Assembly (NCBI GenBank): GCA_050123415.1
Contig: JASFHE010000003.1
Coordinates: 7,794 to 39,793, forward strand
Direction of reading: 5' to 3'
DNA: 32,000 nucleotides
Origin: Desulfobacteraceae bacterium
GTDB taxonomy: Bacteria > Desulfobacterota > DSM-4660 > Desulfatiglandales > HGW-15
Below the pieces are notes generated by a model. It was not told where the DNA came from. It searched no databases and was given only the letters and a program-made list of their open reading frames with translations. Position numbers and translations under genes: made by a program. Below, one piece after another: positions 7,446 to 16,710 of the stretch; the stretch's first letter is position 1; the number at the start of each line of letters is the position of its first letter.

Positions 7446-7991
7446 TTAAAAGTATCGGATTTCCTTTATCTTTACTGCCAAGTTCCGGACTCCCAGTGAA
7501 CTTCTAAGTATTGAACTTACCTCATTTTCCAGATCCGGTATTTTTTTGTTCATATCCTGGTTTTGTGAAGCAATCTCATAAAATTTTTCGTATATCATAC
7601 TTCTCAGATAAAGCTCTTTTTTCCTGAAACGTATTGACGCGAGACCATCCCAGACAATTGAAAGATCAATCCGTATAGTATCATCAGCCGGCCCTGGCGG
7701 GATAAAAAAGGGAGAAAGTATCTCCTCACTCAGATTGTCTTCATCAACATTCACTTCCGGAGTTTGAAAATCTTTTTTCATTAAGAATGAAAACTGCTCA
7801 GGCGCGTATTTTATCCCGAGACCTGATACTGCTAGAATCAATCCCGGAATAATAAAAATCCATATTTTTTTACCGGACTTTTTTTTGGCCTTTACCGGCT
7901 TTTCTTCCTGCTCATCGGAAGCGGTTCCTTTTTCGGCATCTTCATTGGACTCTTCCTCCGGAGCTTCATCTTCTTTGATCTCTTCGGACAT
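7446..7991 (-). CDS. FliL-like single-pass membrane protein (divergent FliL paralogue)
   Basis: 181 aa. Acidic then basic N-terminus, one TM segment (IWIFIIPGLILAVSGLGI). The C-terminal domain pattern (LSPFFIPP...DTIRIDLSIVWD...LRSMIYEKF...LENEVSSILRSSLGVRNLAVKIKEIRYF) parallels the canonical FliL at 17755..18267. Its start overlaps the fliA stop (TAATG at 7993..7989). Confidence 0.45.
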   Translation of the reverse strand: MSEEIKEDEAPEEESNEDAEKGTASDEQEEKPVKAKKKSGKKIWIFIIPGLILAVSGLGIKYAPEQFSFLMKKDFQTPEVNVDEDNLSEEILSPFFIPPGPADDTIRIDLSIVWDGLASIRFRKKELYLRSMIYEKFYEIASQNQDMNKKIPDLENEVSSILRSSLGVRNLAVKIKEIRYF

Positions 7992-8848
7992 TATTTTTTA
8001 TCAAAGTAATTTTTAAGGCTGTTTTTAAGCCTTAATACAGCCTTTGTATGAAGTTGAGATACACGTGATTCCGTATACCCCATAACTTCGCCAATTTCCT
8101 TCATTGTGAGTTCTTCATAATAGTACAGTGATACGGCAGTTCGTTCATTCTTGGGAAGCCTGTCTATCGCACCGGCGATTATCTGAACAAGTTCAGTTTT
8201 TTTGAGGGACTGAAGGGGTGACTGGTCAAATCCTATTTCAAAGGCGCCTCCATCGGACTGTCCTTCACCGCTTGTGTTGTGGATCTGCATGTCATATTCA
8301 TTGAATATGCTGATCCCCCTTGATTCATCCAGGAGCCGGTAGAAGGCTTCCATTTCCATTCCAAGTTCTTCCGCAACCTCCTCATCCTGGGCCGGACGCA
8401 TTTCCCTGTTTTCAACCCTTGCGTATGCTTCGGCCAGCAGCTTCGCGTTTTTCCGGACAGAGCGGGGCACCCAGTCCATTGAACGCAGTTCGTCAATCAT
8501 GGCGCCCTTGATACGGAATTCCGCGTATGATTTGAACTCCACGCCCTTTTCGACGTCAAACTTGTCAATGGCGTCAAGGAGTCCCATAAGCCCGGCGCTG
8601 GTAAGATCATCCTGTCCTATGTGCTGGGGAAGTCTCAACGCGAGTCTCCCGGCGATTGTCTTTACCAGGGGAGCATACTTGGTAACAAGCGCTTCCCTTT
8701 CACCTGCACTGATTCCATTTGATCCGGAAGGTATCAATTGTGTATATTTTTTCAATTTTTTAGCTGCCTGAGGGGAGGGCATTCCCCTGTACCTCGCTTC
8801 TTTAAAATTTTTTGTCAACCTGTTACTATCCAAATCCCGGCCTAGCAA
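7991..8848 (-). CDS. fliA: Flagellar sigma factor FliA (sigma28 / WhiG family)
   Basis: Sigma70-family regions 2-4 are present: LVTKYAPLVKTIAGRL, DDLTSAGLMGLLDAIDKFDVEKGVEFKSYAEFRIKGAMIDELR, RTAVSLYYYEELTMKEIGEVMGYTESRVSQLHTKAVLRLK. It follows flhF-flhG. The track start at 8848 is a TTG codon; the true start is uncertain (next ATG at 8782). Confidence 0.92.
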   Translation of the reverse strand: MLGRDLDSNRLTKNFKEARYRGMPSPQAAKKLKKYTQLIPSGSNGISAGEREALVTKYAPLVKTIAGRLALRLPQHIGQDDLTSAGLMGLLDAIDKFDVEKGVEFKSYAEFRIKGAMIDELRSMDWVPRSVRKNAKLLAEAYARVENREMRPAQDEEVAEELGMEMEAFYRLLDESRGISIFNEYDMQIHNTSGEGQSDGGAFEIGFDQSPLQSLKKTELVQIIAGAIDRLPKNERTAVSLYYYEELTMKEIGEVMGYTESRVSQLHTKAVLRLKNSLKNYFDKK

Positions 8849-9747
8849 TTTAATAACCTTCGCCAGAAAAACTTTATATCACCTTCAAAATTAATATCAT
8901 CTTCTTTAACAAGAATCTTTTCAGCCAGAGCCATAATACTTTTGGAAGCCAGCGCATTCGGATGTGTATTGATCAACGGCTTCTGCCTTCTTATGGCCTT
9001 TGGAAGCATTTTATCATAGGGTATCCACCCGAGATAATCCAGTGAGGGAGATTGAAGATACTTATCTACTGCAACGCTCAGGCTTCGGAATATTCTATCC
9101 GCCTCATTGCCGTCATGAACAAGATTGATAAGGACCTTGAATCTCTTCTGGTTGTAAGTATTCGTAAGTACTTTTATCAGCGCGTAAGCATCCGTAAGAG
9201 AAGTGGGTTCATTTGTAAGAACTACCAGCCTCTCCATTGCCGCGAAATTAAAATACATTACGTTTGATGATATTCCGGCGCTTGTATCAATCAGAATTAT
9301 ATCAAATTCCTCATGAATGGCATCCAGCTCATTAAGCAGAAAACGTCTCTGGTTATCGTCGAGTTCAGTCAGTTCCTGCATCCCTGAAGCCGCGGGAAGG
9401 AGCTTGAATCCTGCCGGGGTATCAACGATAACGTCCTCAAGACTTTTTTCTCCGCTTAAGACATTGCTGATCGTATACCTCGGGTTTATCCCGAGCATTA
9501 TATCCATATTGGCGAGGCCAAGGTCTGCGTCGAGTATGAGGACCTTTTTGTTAAATTTCTGAAATGCCACAGCAAGATTTGCTGTTATACTTGTTTTGCC
9601 AACGCCGCCCTTTCCGCTGGTGACTGAAATAACTCTTATTGGCGTACTTTGAATACGGTTTTTTACAACTGTCTCCGAGGGTCCAGCAGTTTCCATATTT
9701 ACCATTCTCCTAAGCCCGGCAGCTTGATCCATTATATTTTCCCTCAT
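8842..9747 (-). CDS. flhG: Flagellar number regulator FlhG (MinD/ParA-type ATPase, FleN/YlxH)
   Basis: Deviant Walker A (VTSGKGGVGKTSITANLA) and MinD-like body, located downstream of flhF. The start is probably the ATG at 9732 (GAGGG 8 nt upstream) rather than 9747. Confidence 0.92.
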   Translation of the reverse strand: MRENIMDQAAGLRRMVNMETAGPSETVVKNRIQSTPIRVISVTSGKGGVGKTSITANLAVAFQKFNKKVLILDADLGLANMDIMLGINPRYTISNVLSGEKSLEDVIVDTPAGFKLLPAASGMQELTELDDNQRRFLLNELDAIHEEFDIILIDTSAGISSNVMYFNFAAMERLVVLTNEPTSLTDAYALIKVLTNTYNQKRFKVLINLVHDGNEADRIFRSLSVAVDKYLQSPSLDYLGWIPYDKMLPKAIRRQKPLINTHPNALASKSIMALAEKILVKEDDINFEGDIKFFWRRLLNC

Positions 9748-10822
9748 TTAATCCGATATCTGATTCTTCTCTTATTCCTGACAGCAGGAAAGAGGCCAGC
9801 TTTTTCTTTGAAGCAGTCTCTATATCCTCAGGGACCTGTTGCCCTGTGGTAAAGTATGAGACCGGTTTTTCTTTTGTTATCAGGAAATTTATCATGGGTG
9901 ATAAATCTTCCGTTTCATCGATTTTTGAAAAAATATAACTGTGGAACGGCAGATTCTCAAACCTGTCAGACGTGTTTATCATATTCCAGTATTGGGTTGT
10001 AGCGCTCATTACAAGAAAGCCGTGTACACTGTCATGGTCCTTAAAGAGTTTGAGGAGATCATTGCTCCCCTGGTCCCCGTTCGGACTTCGACCCGCAGTA
10101 TCAATAAAGATCCTGTCATAATCATTATATTTTCTTATAGCCTTCTGGAGGTCTTTCCCGCTTACCGCGACCTCCACAGGGAGTCCCATTATCCTGGCAT
10201 AGGCCTCCAGTTGCGCTGCCGCTGCAATCCGAAAGGTATCCAGAGTGATCAACACGGACTTCATGCCGTTCTCCAGGGCGCTCTGGGCAGCCAGTTTTGC
10301 AAGGGTTGTTGTTTTTCCGACCCCTGTGGGCCCGATAAACGTGTATATCCTTTTTCCCTTTGAAACATCCCTGCCGGTACTTACCTTTATTTTTGTCAGA
10401 ACCTTCATTAAAGAGTCCTGAAGCAGGTGTGACCTGTTCTGATTTTTATTCGGAACATCAGGGCGGTTTTCGGACATTAATTTTCTAATAAGGTTCTGGT
10501 TGAGCCCGAATGTCTTAAGATGGGTATATCTTTCCCTGAGATCCTGATCATAATAGAGTTCCGGATCAAGGACCCTGCATGCGTCGGAAAAGAGGAGAGC
10601 TTCCTTTATCTCTCTCAGTTCCCTTCCCATTTCCTTTATTTCGGTATTTACATCCATTCCATGTTTTACAGGCTGCGCATCATAGTCAACCGCCGCGGTC
10701 ACTTCAATACCTTGTCCGGGTATGGTCTTTGTTCTCAGGATTACGGCTTCTTCACCCATCTCCTTTTTAACTGTTTTTATTGCTTCACTGGAGTTACGGG
10801 CTATGAATTTTCTTATGTTCAT
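9710..10822 (-). CDS. flhF: Flagellar biosynthesis SRP-type GTPase FlhF
   Basis: 370 aa. G1 motif GPTGVGKTTTLAKLAA and G3 motif DTAGRS are present. Located between flhA and flhG. Confidence 0.93.
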   Translation of the reverse strand: MNIRKFIARNSSEAIKTVKKEMGEEAVILRTKTIPGQGIEVTAAVDYDAQPVKHGMDVNTEIKEMGRELREIKEALLFSDACRVLDPELYYDQDLRERYTHLKTFGLNQNLIRKLMSENRPDVPNKNQNRSHLLQDSLMKVLTKIKVSTGRDVSKGKRIYTFIGPTGVGKTTTLAKLAAQSALENGMKSVLITLDTFRIAAAAQLEAYARIMGLPVEVAVSGKDLQKAIRKYNDYDRIFIDTAGRSPNGDQGSNDLLKLFKDHDSVHGFLVMSATTQYWNMINTSDRFENLPFHSYIFSKIDETEDLSPMINFLITKEKPVSYFTTGQQVPEDIETASKKKLASFLLSGIREESDIGLNEGKYNGSSCRA

Positions 10823-10826
10823 ATAT

Positions 10827-12902
10827 CTAACCTATCTCTCCCAGGGACTGAACCTGCAGACCTCCGGGTATTTCATTATGTGAAAAAACAGCAACGTTTA
10901 TCTGGAAGCTGTCACACAATTTTTTCAAATGTCTTCTTACAGTGGTTGAACATAAAATAACAGGCTGTTCAATCTTGGCGGCAACATCATCCAGTGATTT
11001 TTTAACGTGATGGATTATTTTATTTGCCTCGCTTGGTCCAAGGGCAAGGTATGCCCCGAAATCCGTCTGGTTGATTCCCTTTGAGAGCAGTTCTTCAATA
11101 GACGGTTTGATATTAAGGACCTTTAATGTCTTTTTATTCTCGAGGTACGGCTTTGTAATCGTGCGTGAAAGTCTCTGTCTTACATATTCGGTCAGGATAT
11201 CAGTATCCTTGGTCAATGGCGCATAATCTGCCAGGGTTTCGATTACAGTAAGGATATCCCTTATGGATACCTGTTCGCGGACAAGGTTCTGAAGCACCTT
11301 CTGGATTGCTCCAAGATTTAACAGGCCCGGCATCAGTTCTTCCACCACCTTCGGATCGGTTTTGGATACATTATCCAGGAGACTCTGTACTTCCTGTCTT
11401 CCGAGGAACTCATATCCATGCTGCCTTACCACTTCAGAGAGGTGGGTTGTTATTACGCTGGCAGGCTCAACAACCGTGTATTCCGCAAGCTGTGCCTCGG
11501 ATTTCTTTTCGGGATCAATCCAGACCGCGGGAAGTCCGAATGCCGGATCCCTGGTCTGTATCCCTTCAAGTTTCATCTTCGCGTCTCCCGGATCAATGGC
11601 AAGGAGATGATCTGCCATTATTTCTCCCTTGGCTACCTCATTGCCCTTGATGCAGAAGGCATACTCACTCGGTTTCAGCTCAAGATTGTCTCTTATATGA
11701 ATTGATGGAATTACCATTCCCATGTCCACTGCAAACTGTTTTCTTAAGGCGCGTATGCGATCGAGCAGATTGCCCTGTGTTTTATCATCTACAATGGTTA
11801 TAAGCCCATACCCGATTTCCATCTCAAGACTGTCTAACGGGAGAAGCTGCTGGATATCTTCAGGGCTCTGTGCTTCCGCTTCTTCTTCAGGAGTTTCCAC
11901 GGCTTCAATCTGTTCTTCACCTTTTTTGGATTTGAGGGTCCTTGAAATAAAGAAGATAATGCCGGAAAGCAGGGCAAAGGGAATTAAAGGCATGCCGGGT
12001 GCAAAACCGAAAAGCAGGACTATAAATGACGCGATTGCCAGGGCCCTTGGCTGGAATCCTATCTGACTTGCCACTTCGGAACCAATATTCTGCCCCTCGG
12101 ATGAGGCCCTGCTGACGAGAATACCCGCACCGGTCGATATTATGAGGGCAGGGATCTGTGAGACCAGACCGTCACCTATTGTAAGCAGTGTATAATTTTC
12201 TATTGCTTTGGCCAGGGTAAGGTCCTTCTGAAGGACGCCTATTACAAGACCGCCGATTATATTGATAAGAGTTATGATAATTCCTGCGATCGCATCACCG
12301 CGAACAAATTTGCTTGCACCGTCCATGGCGCCATAGAATTCGGCTTCCCTTGATATTGCCGACCGTCTGCTCCTTGCTTCGGCTTCATCAATCAGGCCCG
12401 CATTTAAATCGGCATCAATGGCCATCTGTTTTCCGGGCATGGCATCGAGGGTAAAACGGGCCGCTACTTCTGCGATCCTTCCCGAACCTTTGGTTATGAC
12501 GACAAAGTTGATAACGACAAGTATGACAAACACAACAAGGCCGACAGTGGGGTTCCCGCCGACTACGAATGATCCGAAGCTGTTAATGACTTCTCCTGCC
12601 GCGTTTGCCCCGGTGTGCCCCTCAAGGAGAATAAGACGGGTTGAAGCGATATTGAGCGACAGCCTGAACAGGGTTGTAATCAGCAGAAGAGACGGGAAAA
12701 CTGAAAAATCCAGTGGTCTGGATGCGTATATTGTTACAAGGATAATAAGAACCGCAAGAGTAATATTAAATGCCAGAAAAAGATCAAGCACCATTGTCGG
12801 AAGAGGGATGATCATAATCATGAGTATCCCCATGATCCCTATTGCTACACCGATATCTAGGTTGGCAAATAATGAGAACTTATTTTTTTCTGCTGCTTCC
12901 AT
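10827..12902 (-). CDS. flhA: Flagellar export gate protein FlhA
   Basis: 691 aa. Polytopic N-terminal domain with the conserved loop RFTLDAMPGKQMAIDADLNAGLIDEAEARSRR, a linker, and a large cytoplasmic C-terminal domain. Confidence 0.97.
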   Translation of the reverse strand: MEAAEKNKFSLFANLDIGVAIGIMGILMIMIIPLPTMVLDLFLAFNITLAVLIILVTIYASRPLDFSVFPSLLLITTLFRLSLNIASTRLILLEGHTGANAAGEVINSFGSFVVGGNPTVGLVVFVILVVINFVVITKGSGRIAEVAARFTLDAMPGKQMAIDADLNAGLIDEAEARSRRSAISREAEFYGAMDGASKFVRGDAIAGIIITLINIIGGLVIGVLQKDLTLAKAIENYTLLTIGDGLVSQIPALIISTGAGILVSRASSEGQNIGSEVASQIGFQPRALAIASFIVLLFGFAPGMPLIPFALLSGIIFFISRTLKSKKGEEQIEAVETPEEEAEAQSPEDIQQLLPLDSLEMEIGYGLITIVDDKTQGNLLDRIRALRKQFAVDMGMVIPSIHIRDNLELKPSEYAFCIKGNEVAKGEIMADHLLAIDPGDAKMKLEGIQTRDPAFGLPAVWIDPEKKSEAQLAEYTVVEPASVITTHLSEVVRQHGYEFLGRQEVQSLLDNVSKTDPKVVEELMPGLLNLGAIQKVLQNLVREQVSIRDILTVIETLADYAPLTKDTDILTEYVRQRLSRTITKPYLENKKTLKVLNIKPSIEELLSKGINQTDFGAYLALGPSEANKIIHHVKKSLDDVAAKIEQPVILCSTTVRRHLKKLCDSFQINVAVFSHNEIPGGLQVQSLGEIG

Positions 12903-13005
12903 AAATAATCCTTAGTAAATTAATTTCTCTTAAAAATAACCTGTTAATCTAAATTAAAATAAAATTATAAAAGATTAAATAAATTATCTTTCAAATGTCC
13001 AGTGA

Positions 13006-14079
13006 TCAACCTGCTGTTCTTCCTTTTTTCAATCCATAGACGTAAGCGAGAATTTCAGCTACGGCCTGGTAAAATTGCGGAGGTATTTCAGTACCTAGCT
13101 CTAATTTATACAAGTTCTGTGCCAAGGGTTTGTTTTCCATCATGGGTATATTATGCTTTACGGCGATTTCTCTGATCCTGAACGCGATATTGTTTGCACC
13201 TTTGGCTACTATTACCGGTGCCTTCATATCTTCATCCGGTTTATATTTAAGGGCAATTGAAAGGTGGGTCGGGTTGGTAATAATTACGTCCGCCTTGGGG
13301 ACCTCTTCCATCATCCTGCGCCTTGCCATCTCCCTCTGAATAGACCTTATACGTGATTTTACCATTGGATCGCCTTCAGACTGCCTGAATTCATCCTTTA
13401 CTTCCTGTTTTGTCATCTTGAGTTTCTGCGCATGTTCCCATTTTTGATACATGAAATCCAGGATAGCCATTATCATGATGACGCAACAGCATCTTACGAG
13501 AACTTTAAAGGACAGTTCTCCAAGGAGCGCAAATATCCGGGCGTTTTCCTGGTATAATAACGGTATCATCTGGGAAATTTCGTCTTTCAGGGCATAGTAT
13601 GCCACACCGCCTACAATAGCGATTTTTAGTATGGATTTTGCGAGTTCAACCAGGGATTTCTTGGAAAATACCCTTTCCAGCCCCTTTATTGGGTCTATTT
13701 TTGACGCCTTTGGTGTCAAGGGTTCGACACTGAAAATGATACCTGTCTGGAGTAAATTGGTTAATATTGACACTATCAGCAGTATGATCAGAATAGGAGC
13801 AATTAGAAGGAGAAAATCGGTCATTACTCCTGAGATGAGGGCAGGCGCGAAGTCCATTGTTGAAGCAATATCGGGAATCTGTAAAAAGGTTTTTCTGATA
13901 TTATTCCCCAGGCTCATAGTCATGTCCTTAGCGTTAAAAAACATATAGACTATTCCGGCAGTCAGGATCGCGGTTGAAGACAGTTCCCTGCTCTTTGCGA
14001 CATCACCTTTTTTTCGCGCGTCCTCCTTTTTTTTCGGGGACGCCGGTTCGGTTTTATCCTGGAAACTGTCTTCTGCCAT
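13006..14079 (-). CDS. flhB: Flagellar export switch protein FlhB
   Basis: 357 aa. N-terminal TM domain and C-terminal domain with the NPTH autocleavage motif (VIITNPTHLSIALKY). Confidence 0.97.
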   Translation of the reverse strand: MAEDSFQDKTEPASPKKKEDARKKGDVAKSRELSSTAILTAGIVYMFFNAKDMTMSLGNNIRKTFLQIPDIASTMDFAPALISGVMTDFLLLIAPILIILLIVSILTNLLQTGIIFSVEPLTPKASKIDPIKGLERVFSKKSLVELAKSILKIAIVGGVAYYALKDEISQMIPLLYQENARIFALLGELSFKVLVRCCCVIMIMAILDFMYQKWEHAQKLKMTKQEVKDEFRQSEGDPMVKSRIRSIQREMARRRMMEEVPKADVIITNPTHLSIALKYKPDEDMKAPVIVAKGANNIAFRIREIAVKHNIPMMENKPLAQNLYKLELGTEIPPQFYQAVAEILAYVYGLKKGRTAG

Positions 14080-14086
14080 AAATTAC

Positions 14087-14860
14087 CTACATTAAACCAA
14101 GTAATCTCATCAGGGTTTCACCCATTTTATTTTTAAGATCAAAAATAAGCGGATATATGTTCATAAGAATAAAACAGAATAGTGTAAGACCAATACAAAG
14201 GTTGATCGGGAAACCGACCATGAGTATATTTACCTGCGGCACTGTCCTCGCAATGATGCCAAGGCAAAGGTTTGAGAGAAAAAGCGCGACCATAACCGGG
14301 GCCGCGATCTTGACTCCCAGTATAAACATGTTTGCTCCCGCCTTTATCAGTTCCGTACCGATGGCAGCATGAAAGCTGAGACTGTTCGGTGGAACGGAGT
14401 AAAATGAACTGGCCATAATTCTTATGAACATGTGATGCCCGTTCATTGAAAAGAAAAGGAGTAAGGTAAAGATATAGAGAAACTGTGTAAGCACGGTGCT
14501 CGATGTGCCTGTCTGGGGATCTACCGCGCGGGCCATTGAAAATCCCATCTGAAAACTCATGAACTGCCCGCCCATTTCACTTGCCGCGAGGAACAATCTC
14601 ACCGTTACTGCCAGTATGGAACCCATAAGGACTTCGGATAAAATTCCTACAATTATTTCGGGCGCCGATACAGGAAGATTGGCAGGTATTGGAACAACCG
14701 GTGTAAGGACAATGGCTATAACAAAGGAGAGTCCCGCTTTCCATAATGAAGGGATATTCCTTGCGCCGAAAAGAGGGAGTAAAAAGAACAGAGTGCTGAC
14801 CCGGACAAGTATCCAGAAAAAGCCCTGCATCTGTTCGAATGTTTCAAGTGGAAATGACAT
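14087..14860 (-). CDS. fliR: Flagellar export apparatus protein FliR
   Basis: 257-aa polytopic membrane protein in the fliP-fliQ-fliR-flhB order, with 7-nt gaps on both sides. Confidence 0.92.
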   Translation of the reverse strand: MSFPLETFEQMQGFFWILVRVSTLFFLLPLFGARNIPSLWKAGLSFVIAIVLTPVVPIPANLPVSAPEIIVGILSEVLMGSILAVTVRLFLAASEMGGQFMSFQMGFSMARAVDPQTGTSSTVLTQFLYIFTLLLFFSMNGHHMFIRIMASSFYSVPPNSLSFHAAIGTELIKAGANMFILGVKIAAPVMVALFLSNLCLGIIARTVPQVNILMVGFPINLCIGLTLFCFILMNIYPLIFDLKNKMGETLMRLLGLM

Positions 14861-14867
14861 CCTGTTT

Positions 14868-15137
14868 TTACCTGATAATTGTGGGTATGCTCTGTATCAG
14901 GTTACTGGTAAAATAAGCTACTTTTTGAATTATCCAGGGTGAAGCCGCCAGCAGGGTAAGTAATACAGCGACTATCTTTGGTACAAATGAGAGGGTCATC
15001 TCCTGTACCTGTGTTGTCGCCTGTAGTACGGCAACAAGTAATCCCACAATAAGGCCTACTCCCAGGAGGGGGAGAGATACCATTAAAGCAAGTTTAATTG
15101 CTTCACTCCCAAGGTTTATTACAAATTCAGGTGTCAT
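14868..15137 (-). CDS. fliQ: Flagellar export apparatus protein FliQ
   Basis: 89 aa with two hydrophobic helices. Typical FliQ size and position between fliP and fliR. Confidence 0.93.
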   Translation of the reverse strand: MTPEFVINLGSEAIKLALMVSLPLLGVGLIVGLLVAVLQATTQVQEMTLSFVPKIVAVLLTLLAASPWIIQKVAYFTSNLIQSIPTIIR

Positions 15138-15147
15138 AGTGCTATCC

Positions 15148-15951
15148 TTACATAAAACTTTTAATCATGGATCCAATCAGGATATTCCATCCGTCAATCA
15201 GGACAAAGAGCATCAATTTAAAGGGCAGTGATACCATAAACGGGGGAAGCATCATCATACCCATTGACAGCAGGACGCTTGCAACAACCATATCAATAAC
15301 AAGAAAGGGAATATATATTACGAAACCTATCTGGAATGCTGTCTTGAGCTCACTGATTACAAAAGAAGACAGCAGGACAATAGTCGGTATTTCGTCGTAA
15401 TTGTTAGGCTTATCCAGTTTGGCAATATCAATAAAAAGGCCAAGGTCTTTTTTCCTTGTCTGCTTGAGCATGAAGGCCCTTATGGGTTTGAGGGCTTTAT
15501 CCAGCGCCTCCTTCTGAGTAATCTCCTCCGCGAGATAGGGCTGAAGAGCTTCATTGTTTATCTGGTTAAATACAGGGGTCATTAAAAAAAATGTAAGCAG
15601 CAGGGCCAGTCCTACAATTATCTGGTTCGGGGGCATCTGCTGTGTCCCGAGCGCGTGCCGGACAAGTGACAGGACTATTGCAAACCTGGTAAACGAAGTC
15701 ATCATTACGATAATCGCCGGAGCAAGAGATAAAACAGTAAGGAGAAAGAGGACCTGGAGAAGTGTGGATACTTTTTCGGGGCTGTCCGCCTGTTCAACAC
15801 CAAGTGTCAGGCTCGGAAGAGCAGGGGTTTGCGCCGTGGCTGTTGAAGAAAGTACAAAGAGTCCAAACCCCAGTATTATTGAGATTATCGTAAGATATTT
15901 TATTTTTCTATTCATTGTTTTTGCTGCTGCCATCAGGCGCTTTATGTCCAA
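15148..15951 (-). CDS. fliP: Flagellar export apparatus protein FliP
   Basis: Polytopic protein with a signal peptide (MNRKIKYLTIISIILGFGLFVLSSTATAQ) and conserved FliP segments (TSFTRFAIVLSLVRHALG, FLVIDMVVASVLLSMGMMMLPP). The track start at 15951 is a TTG. The ATG at 15915 gives a cleaner signal peptide and only an 8-nt overlap with fliO. Confidence 0.93.
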   Translation of the reverse strand: MDIKRLMAAAKTMNRKIKYLTIISIILGFGLFVLSSTATAQTPALPSLTLGVEQADSPEKVSTLLQVLFLLTVLSLAPAIIVMMTSFTRFAIVLSLVRHALGTQQMPPNQIIVGLALLLTFFLMTPVFNQINNEALQPYLAEEITQKEALDKALKPIRAFMLKQTRKKDLGLFIDIAKLDKPNNYDEIPTIVLLSSFVISELKTAFQIGFVIYIPFLVIDMVVASVLLSMGMMMLPPFMVSLPFKLMLFVLIDGWNILIGSMIKSFM

Positions 15952-16291
15952 GTCCTGCCTTTAAAAGAAAGGAATCAAATATGTTTCTTTCCCGGGGAGG
16001 ATTGCTTTCAAACTGACCGTCATCGGACGGCTTGTCGATCTGTGATATAAGGGAGATATTTTCAGTTCCTACACCGACCAGAAGCCATTGATCACAAATC
16101 TCAATAAGCGCCAGTGACCTTTTGGGGCCAAGTGAGAGAGTGGCAAGGTTTTTCATTACAGGATATTTCCCCATAGTTAATGAGCCGCCTTTTACACGTT
16201 TGATAATAAAAAAAAACAATATCATCAGGGCAAACATTACCAGCAGGAAAATTGCCAGTTTTAATGAAAGAATATTGAAGTCAGTGTCCAA
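15908..16291 (-). CDS. fliO: Flagellar biosynthesis protein FliO (FliZ-type)
   Basis: 127 aa. One N-terminal TM segment (LAIFLLVMFALMILFFFII), then the FliO-like core (LSLGPKRSLALIEICDQWLLVGVGTENISLISQI). Located between fliN and fliP. Confidence 0.75.
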   Translation of the reverse strand: MDTDFNILSLKLAIFLLVMFALMILFFFIIKRVKGGSLTMGKYPVMKNLATLSLGPKRSLALIEICDQWLLVGVGTENISLISQIDKPSDDGQFESNPPRERNIFDSFLLKAGLGHKAPDGSSKNNE

Positions 16292-16328
16292 TGGGATTCT
16301 CCGTCAATTTAAGACCTTAATAAATATA

Positions 16329-16682
16329 TCAGGTCAGGTTTTTAACTCTTTCGCCGGGGCTGATGATGTTGGTGAGTCTGATTCCGAATTTTTCATTTAC
16401 AACAACGACTTCGCCATGAGCCATAAGTTTTTTATTAACAAAAATTTCAAGCGGCTCATCCGTCAACCTGTTCAGTTCCACTACAGACCCCTGGCTCAGT
16501 TTCAGTAGATCGCCGATTTTTATTTTTGCGTTTCCCAGCTCAACTGAAATATCCAGGGGGATATCCAGCAGAAAATCCATATTTCTGTCGTTACCATCCA
16601 GTCCCATTCCGGGTTCAAGCTCTGACAAATCCATCCCTCCCGACATCATTTGAGTGTCATCCATTATATTTTCATTACTCAT
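16329..16682 (-). CDS. fliN: Flagellar motor switch protein FliN
   Basis: 117 aa with a SpoA-type C-terminal domain (IPLDISVELGNAKIKIGDLLKLSQGSVVELNRLTDEPLEIFVNKKLMAHGEVVVVNEKFGIRLTNI). Confidence 0.93.
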   Translation of the reverse strand: MSNENIMDDTQMMSGGMDLSELEPGMGLDGNDRNMDFLLDIPLDISVELGNAKIKIGDLLKLSQGSVVELNRLTDEPLEIFVNKKLMAHGEVVVVNEKFGIRLTNIISPGERVKNLT

Positions 16683-16710
16683 AAATAAGACCTCTCTTTA
16701 TAGGTGTCTT

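Noticed and set aside
8233-8496. 87-aa minus-strand ORF in an alternative frame inside fliA. Plus-strand ORFs also occur at 8320..8511 and 8499..8771.
   Set aside because: The sigma28 frame carries all the conserved sigma regions. The alternative frames are R/P/W/C-rich with no start signals.
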